A stretch of 64,000 nt of DNA from an uncultured Nitrospiraceae bacterium (GTDB taxonomy: Bacteria > Nitrospirota > Thermodesulfovibrionia > Thermodesulfovibrionales > Dissulfurispiraceae): positions 64,001-128,000 of the forward strand of contig CAVPIW010000007.1 in assembly GCA_963705105.1 (NCBI GenBank), given 5' to 3'. The position numbers and the translations under genes are program-made. The notes beneath the pieces are model-generated. The model was not told the origin of the DNA. It searched no databases and saw only the letters and a list, made by a program, of their open reading frames with translations. Shown here one piece after another: positions 58,526 through 64,000 of this stretch (position 1 is the first letter of the stretch; each line of letters begins with the position of its first letter).

Positions 58526-60604
58526 CTATGCCTTCCTGATCTTGACCATGCATTCGAGGTATGCAACCCCGCCGCCCACGGGATCGACCGTCTCGAGGAG
58601 TCCCACCTCGAAGTTCGTCTCCCGGAGACCCTTCCCGAAGGAGCGTGTCTTGAGGGGGATGTCGCTGCCGAAACCATGGAGCATGAAGACGGCTTCGGGA
58701 TGAATGTACGGTGTCACCCTGGCCCTGATCCTCCCCGCATACTCGTCAGCGCTCACCTCGACTGTGTCACCGTCTTTGATACCGAGCTTAGTGGCCTCGC
58801 CGTCGTTGATCCAGAGGGTGTTCTCCGGGATGATCTCGTTCAGGATGGGATTGTTCTGGGACTGGGCATGAGTGTGAACAGCCGTCCTGCCGAAGGTGAG
58901 CCGGAAGGACCCCTCGTCCGGCTTCCTCGGAGACACATAGGGCCTGAGGGATTCAAAACCGCCTTTTGCGATCATCGACGAGACGATCTCGATCTTTCCT
59001 GAGGGCGTCTTGAATTTCAGGCTTCCCCTGTCCATGAGGATGGGGTTCTTCGCGAGCGTCACGAGGCCCTTTGCGTCGAAGTCCCCGATGCCGACGCCCG
59101 TCCCCTCAAGCTGATAGTTCCAGATCTCCTCGATGCTCGCGTAGGGGAAATACTGACCGGCGCCCATGCGCCCGGCGATGAGGGTGAAGATCTCCCAGGC
59201 CGGCTTGCTGTCATAGCGGGGCGGGACGGCCTGCCGTCTCATGATGAACCCCGGCTTGGCGCCCTTTTGCGTGGCGATGATGTTGGACCGCTCGAGATAG
59301 GTGTTTTCAGGCAGGATGACGTCGGCGAACCAGCCCGTCTGGCTGTAGTTCACGTCGATCGAGACAAGCAGGTCCAGGTTGTCGAGGACCCTCTTCTGGG
59401 CCTCCGGGTCCGGAAGAGAGGCGACGGGGTCGTACCGGTAGGCGAAGAGGGCCTTGACCGGATAGGGCTCGCCCGTCCTGATGGCTTTGTAAAGATTGAC
59501 GACGTGGCCAGTCCCGAGGGTCTTGTTCGGCATGGCCGCATCAACGATCTTGTCCTTCACGTCGGGAATATTTTCTCCGAGGGAGCGGAGGCCCTTGGCC
59601 CCGGCATCCTTCGGTCCTTTGGCGATGATGATGCCCCCCTTCGTCTCGATGCTTCCCATGAGCGCATTGAGCAGGTAGAGCGACCGGCTCGCGTAAAAGG
59701 AGTCGATGTAGCGGGAGAGCATCCAGCCGCCGTGGAAGATCACCTTCGGCTTGGCATCGCTCGTCTCTCTGGCGAGATTGACGATCTCGAAGGCGGGGAT
59801 GCCCGTCTCCTTCTCCGCCCATTCCGGCGTGTAGGGGGTGACGAACTCCTCAAGCTCCCTGAGTCCCGTGACGTAGGCATTGACGAAGTCGGCGTCGTAG
59901 AGTTTCTCCTTCAGGATGACATGGATCAGCGCGAGGATCATGGCATAGTCCGTCCCCGGCCTGATCATGAGGAACTTGTCGGCCTTCGATGCCGTGACGG
60001 TCGCCCTGACATCGATATATGTCATCTTCGCCCCCGCCTCCATGGCGTCGAGGATGAGGTTCACCTCTTTCACCTGGATCGATTCGAAGACGTTTCTTCC
60101 AAAGAGGACGATGTGCTTCGTGTTCGCGAAGTCGTAGCTCATGTCGCCGCGGCCGTAGCCGAAGAGCGACTGGCAGGCCATGTTCACGTTCTTGGCGCAG
60201 GTATCGTCGTGGTCGAAATAGTTCGGCGTGCCCAGGGCCTTGAGGAAGCTCTTGGTGAGATCGGTGAAGGGTCCGCCGCGGTCCGCCAGGGCGATCGCCC
60301 GTGCGCCCTGTTTTTCCCTGACCGCCTTCAGCTTCTCCGTTATGTAATCGAGGGCCTCGTCCCAGCTTGCCTTTCTCCACTGGCCCGATCCCCGGGGACC
60401 GACGCGCAGCAGGGGCGTCTGGGGCCTCTCCGTGTCATATTCGAAGGCTATGCCCGCCGACCCCTTGGCGCAGAGGGCGCCCTCTATGCCCGGCACGTGG
60501 GGGTTTCCCTCGATCCACGTGACGGCGCCGTTTTCCACTTCCACCTTTATGGGACAGCGCACGGCGCACATGCCGCACATGCTGTAGACCTCTTTCACTG
60601 CCAT
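58526..60604 (-). CDS. Molybdopterin oxidoreductase catalytic subunit (PsrA/PhsA-like), no Tat leader
   Basis: CGMCAVRC...LCAKG FS0 motif right after the start; HDDTC ligand region; ADVILPENTYLER; RTAVHTH; MLHGFG. Confidence 0.9.
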   Translation of the reverse strand: MAVKEVYSMCGMCAVRCPIKVEVENGAVTWIEGNPHVPGIEGALCAKGSAGIAFEYDTERPQTPLLRVGPRGSGQWRKASWDEALDYITEKLKAVREKQGARAIALADRGGPFTDLTKSFLKALGTPNYFDHDDTCAKNVNMACQSLFGYGRGDMSYDFANTKHIVLFGRNVFESIQVKEVNLILDAMEAGAKMTYIDVRATVTASKADKFLMIRPGTDYAMILALIHVILKEKLYDADFVNAYVTGLRELEEFVTPYTPEWAEKETGIPAFEIVNLARETSDAKPKVIFHGGWMLSRYIDSFYASRSLYLLNALMGSIETKGGIIIAKGPKDAGAKGLRSLGENIPDVKDKIVDAAMPNKTLGTGHVVNLYKAIRTGEPYPVKALFAYRYDPVASLPDPEAQKRVLDNLDLLVSIDVNYSQTGWFADVILPENTYLERSNIIATQKGAKPGFIMRRQAVPPRYDSKPAWEIFTLIAGRMGAGQYFPYASIEEIWNYQLEGTGVGIGDFDAKGLVTLAKNPILMDRGSLKFKTPSGKIEIVSSMIAKGGFESLRPYVSPRKPDEGSFRLTFGRTAVHTHAQSQNNPILNEIIPENTLWINDGEATKLGIKDGDTVEVSADEYAGRIRARVTPYIHPEAVFMLHGFGSDIPLKTRSFGKGLRETNFEVGLLETVDPVGGGVAYLECMVKIRKA

Positions 60605-60629
60605 CTCCATCCTCCCGATGTCTTTCCGC

Positions 60630-60937
60630 AATTGCTACACAGGCCCCCGAAAAGGGCGGGGCGAAGATGCCGCTATAAAAGGCATAGTCATTGGTCGGCA
60701 GTCGCCAGTCGGAACAAGGCCACAAACACCCAGACGTAAAGGCTGATGTGGTGAAAAGCCTTTCCGCTACGATACCTTGTTCATCACCAGACCACACTTT
60801 GCCGTGTCGATTGACACCATAGCCCTTCAGGCTGCAGGCGCTTAACACCGTAGAAATGTCTCATCATCGCATTGGAAAGGCTTTGAACCATATCTGCCTT
60901 CCCGGCGGAGGCGCTTCGCCACGCCTTTTCATTCCAA
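60630..60937 (+). repeat. Family A repeat with the same inner element as 45446-45777
   Basis: AAAGGGCGGGGCGAAG left arm; interior GGCTGATGTGGTGAAAAGCCTTTCC...GGAAAGGCTTTGAACCATATCTGCCTTCCC; right arm GGCGCTTCGCCACGCCTTTTCA. Confidence 0.85.
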
Positions 60938-60973
60938 CAACAAGGTCTCTACGATCCTGCCTATTATAGCCCT

Positions 60974-61363
60974 TTAAAACAGGCCGAGTAAATTAAAGGC
61001 AAGGATAAGCAGTCCGACGACGGCCACCCTCTTGACCACGGTCGGGCTCACCCGCTTTGCGATCTGCGGTGCGATGAAGCCTCCCAGGATCGCGGCGGGG
61101 AACATGATGAGGAAGAAGAGCAGGTCGAAGTTTCCGAACTGGTAGTGGCGCATCGACCCCATGAGTGTGTTGAAGAAGATCGCCAGGAGCGAGCTCCCGA
61201 CGACGACGTACATCGGCAGGCGCAGACCGACGGTCATGAGGGGGACCATGAAGGGTCCTCCGCCGAACCCGAACATGGACGCGACGATGGCGATAACAAA
61301 TCCTCCCAGGCACCCGAGCAGTATATTGACCTTAAATTCCTGACCCCAGAATTCGACTATCAT
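60974..61363 (-). CDS. TauE/SafE (TSUP) half-transporter
   Basis: ASMFGFGGGPFMVP, VVGSSLLAI; 4 hydrophobic segments. Confidence 0.88.
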   Translation of the reverse strand: MIVEFWGQEFKVNILLGCLGGFVIAIVASMFGFGGGPFMVPLMTVGLRLPMYVVVGSSLLAIFFNTLMGSMRHYQFGNFDLLFFLIMFPAAILGGFIAPQIAKRVSPTVVKRVAVVGLLILAFNLLGLF

Positions 61364-61381
61364 TGTTCCTTTCCTCCTTCT

Positions 61382-62665
61382 CTAATTTCCGGCCTTCGCC
61401 TTGGCGGACTCTTCGGCCTTTCTCTTGAATTCCTTGAGAATGGCCTGCTCCTTCTTGTTCTTCGCCAGGTATCCCGGCGTCGTCTGCCAGAACATGAGGG
61501 CAGCCAGGATGACCAGGATCCAGCCGAAGACGAATTTGTACTGATCGAGGGTGATGAGCTCCGTCATCTTGGGCCCGATAAAGCCGCCGACCAGCATGGC
61601 GAGACCGATTGATGCGCCGAGCTTCCAGTTGATGAACTTGATCTTCGAGTAGTTGTAGATGCCGCTTCCCTGGGAGAAGAGCACCGTCGGCATGACCGTT
61701 CCCGCGACGACCGTATGCGGAAGAGGCCAGATCGAGACGAGGAGCGGGTTCAGGATGAAGCCGCCGCCTGCGCCCATGAGGACGCCGAAGATCGATATGG
61801 CCAGGGTGAGGAGGAAAGGCCCGATCAGGTTCAGGCTCGTCCCGGCGTTGCTCATGTAAAGGGTCGGGAAGCTGATCTTGTTTTCGAATGTGGCAGGCTG
61901 GCTCTTGACGTTCTTGTCGACGACGGCGACGATGTTGTATTTGCCGGGCGCAAGGCCCTCGCGGATCGTGATGTCGGCCTTGTACGTGCCGTCGGGGTTC
62001 ACCTGCACGTCGGCGCTCAGCACCTTGTCCACCGAGCGGAAACGGGCCTTGACGAGCTGCATGGACCGTTTCCGGTTTTCCTTCTCGTCCATGGCCGGAA
62101 GGATGTCACCGCGTGATCCGATGATGCTGCCCATAAGGGTGGCCTGGTACCGGTCGAATTTCTTCTTGGCCGGCACGGAATAGGCGATCTCTGCGCCCGT
62201 GTCTTTCAACGCCTTGGAGAAGCTCCACTTGCTTCCTTCCTTCTTGGTCTTGTCAATGGCTTCTTTCTGCTCTTTCGGCGTGAATATCTTGTAATAGGCG
62301 GGCATCTCGTCCGTCATATAAAGGATGTAGGGCCTCTTGCCCGTGTCCTTGTCGACTTCAGAATCGAACCGCGACGCGCGCACCTTCTCGTCGGCCCAGA
62401 CCTCAAGATAGACGGGCTTGCCGATCGGCGCCGTGCCCGTGACACTGATCTTGCCGCCGTTGTCGAGGGCCGTCTTGTCGATCTGGATGGTCGGAGCTCC
62501 CGACTCGTCGGCCTTCTTCTCTTCCTGCTTCGCCTCGGCCTTCTGCTCTGTCTTCGCCTCGGGCTTCGGCGCGTCCTTCGGCTTTTCGGCGAAGGCGCCG
62601 TTCTGGTACAGCATGAATACCGTCGCACAGAGTGCAACGACCAGTGAGAACCAATACTTCTTCAT
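61382..62665 (-). CDS. TauE/SafE half-transporter fused to a signal peptide and a large soluble N-terminal domain
   Basis: MKKYWFSLVVALCATVF..AFA signal, Lys/Glu-rich linker, soluble domain, then GVLMGAGGGFILNP TSUP motif. Confidence 0.87.
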   Translation of the reverse strand: MKKYWFSLVVALCATVFMLYQNGAFAEKPKDAPKPEAKTEQKAEAKQEEKKADESGAPTIQIDKTALDNGGKISVTGTAPIGKPVYLEVWADEKVRASRFDSEVDKDTGKRPYILYMTDEMPAYYKIFTPKEQKEAIDKTKKEGSKWSFSKALKDTGAEIAYSVPAKKKFDRYQATLMGSIIGSRGDILPAMDEKENRKRSMQLVKARFRSVDKVLSADVQVNPDGTYKADITIREGLAPGKYNIVAVVDKNVKSQPATFENKISFPTLYMSNAGTSLNLIGPFLLTLAISIFGVLMGAGGGFILNPLLVSIWPLPHTVVAGTVMPTVLFSQGSGIYNYSKIKFINWKLGASIGLAMLVGGFIGPKMTELITLDQYKFVFGWILVILAALMFWQTTPGYLAKNKKEQAILKEFKRKAEESAKAKAGN

Positions 62666-62761
62666 ATGCATCCCCCTTCTTCTCCTGCGATGAGCACCGG
62701 ACACGGTGCTTTGATTTCTTGTCGCGAGCCGCCCTGCGGGCCGCTCCAAAGAACAAAAGAA

Positions 62762-62777
62762 AGCAAGCCTTATGCCA
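62762..62777 (-). promoter_or_regulatory. Sigma-54 (-24/-12) promoter of the tauE-oxidoreductase operon
   Basis: Minus strand TGGCAT-AAGGC-TTGCT. Confidence 0.85.
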
Positions 62778-62858
62778 CGAAGGGACTTTGAATACGGATT
62801 AATTACTCAGTCATATCAGAGAGATACACGGGATAAGGGCGATTCCGGCAGGTCGTGC

Positions 62859-62906
62859 TGTCCCATTTGGGACAATCAGCATAGACAAACTGTCCCATTT
62901 GGGACA
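62859..62906. promoter_or_regulatory. Two identical palindromic enhancer (UAS) sites TGTCCCATTTGGGACA
   Basis: 62859-62874 and 62891-62906, 32 bp apart, ~80-130 bp upstream of the sigma-54 site. Confidence 0.85.
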
Positions 62907-63137
62907 ACATTGATAATGACATTGTCAGTGTGAGTGTCAGTGAAGGGAGGACTTTGATTCGTAATAAGTCGTCATACCCGCGAGACTCGTCCCCCGCGGA
63001 TAGTAAGCGGGGAGCTGGTATTCAGCATACAAGAAACTGCCTAAAAACTGAATGACAAACGAGTGCTGTGCCGGGAATCCTTACTTCACGTCAGAGAAAG
63101 ATGCCGGACAAGCCGGCATGACAGACTTTACCTTTCT

Positions 63138-63412
63138 GTTGCATGAAAAGGCGGGGCGCAGCGCTCTGAAAAACAGTGTCAGTGACAGTGTGAGTGTCAG
63201 TAAAAGTTCACATTTTTTCAGCCGTCGGCCTGAAATAGCTTCATCGATGTCGGGCGTTCGGGGAACGGCCCCTACACTATTTCATCCTTATGTGTCATCG
63301 ACCATTGGCGTATAGTTCATCTCTCGTTTTGATACAGGTGTCGCCGCATCAGGGTTTTCGGCGCATTCACCCCAGCCCCGCCTTTCCCGGGAGTGTATTG
63401 CAACGATAAGGT
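63138..63412 (-). repeat. Family A repeat, inverted homologue of 57707-57993
   Basis: Same arms, ACACTG tract and GTAGGGGCCG REP in reverse orientation. Confidence 0.87.
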
Positions 63413-63520
63413 TTGCAGAGCTTTTTCATTGAATAATTCCGGGCTTTTCTTTGCGGGCTTTGCGGCTTTGCGTGAGAATAATATTCCTTTCACTCACACT
63501 CACACTCGTACTCACACTGT

Positions 63521-64000
63521 CTAATCATCTTTATCGTCCGGCAGGAGGCCGTGGTTCTTCATCTTCGTCCGGAGCTGCTTCCTTGTAATCCCGAGCAGGT
63601 CCGCCGCCTTCGTCTGGTTCCAGGACGTCTTTTCAAGGACCCTCAGGAGGAGCCTCTTTTCCGTCTCTACGAGATTGAACTCGCCTTCCCCGCCCCGTGT
63701 GCTCCTCTGCATCTCCCGGATCGCCCTGGGCAGATATCGCATGGTGATGGCATCGGTAGGACAGAGCACGACGGCACGCTCAATAACATTCTCGATCTCC
63801 CGCACATTGCCGGGCCAGTCGTATTCCATGAACGCCTCCATCACGTCGTTCTCGATGGAGCTGATGAACTTATTGTTTTGCCCGTTAAACTTCTTCAGGA
63901 AATGCGACACGAGGAGCGGCACATCCTCCTTTCTGTCCCTGAGAGGGGGTATGTGGATCGAGACCACATTGAGCCGGTAATAGAGGTCCTCACGGAAATG
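63521..64000 (-). CDS. Sigma-54-dependent enhancer-binding regulator (3' part; runs off window end)
   Basis: FREDLYYRLNVV..PPLRDRKEDV, WPGNVRE, Fis-type HTH NQTKAADLLGITRKQL. Confidence 0.95.
   Translation of the reverse strand, partial: HFREDLYYRLNVVSIHIPPLRDRKEDVPLLVSHFLKKFNGQNNKFISSIENDVMEAFMEYDWPGNVREIENVIERAVVLCPTDAITMRYLPRAIREMQRSTRGGEGEFNLVETEKRLLLRVLEKTSWNQTKAADLLGITRKQLRTKMKNHGLLPDDKDD

Noticed and set aside
58526..60604. Selenocysteine read-through in the Mo enzyme or Fe-S proteins (prompted by selB)
   Set aside because: ORFs are complete with Cys at the ligand positions; no in-frame TGA seen

Overview
A GC-rich bacterial chromosome segment. Gene content (selB, cdaA-cdaR-glmM, PIN/TRAM-ispD-ispF, a Tat-less molybdopterin oxidoreductase with TauE, sigma-54 regulation) suggests an anaerobic sulfur-cycling Nitrospirota/Desulfobacterota-type organism; this is inference only. 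The housekeeping backbone is tuf'-fusA-rpsG-rpsL / tig-clpP-clpX / dciA-like, rpmB / infB-rbfA-nrnA, then ispF-ispD-PIN/TRAM, degQ-selB-hisH, comEC and glmM-cdaR-cdaA. Accessory DNA interrupts it in five places. (i) A cluster of toxin-antitoxin-like pairs at 12.3-14.9 kb, with one toxin internally deleted. (ii) An ~18.3 kb island bounded by a 52-bp direct repeat of the tRNA-Val(CAC) 3' end. It has no integrase and carries a 2531-aa teneurin-like PKD/Cys-rich/NHL/YD-Rhs protein plus a type I R-M locus with a Fic gene and a gutted regulator. (iii) A LexA/UmuD-hybrid + Pol IV cassette whose consensus promoter has a perfect palindromic GAAC-N4-GTTC box. (iv) A large secreted SdrD-B/Cys-rich protein, vapBC, and a RelE-like/SF1-helicase/ankyrin fusion. 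(v) A sigma-54-driven split-TauE + cytoplasmic Psr/Phs-like oxidoreductase operon with two perfect enhancer palindromes. The two giant secreted-protein genes share TGTCGG-N6-TTACA (TGT-N11-ACA) boxes and sigma-54-like promoters. Many intergenic spaces outside the island hold members of a modular, nested-palindrome repeat family with compensatory base changes.
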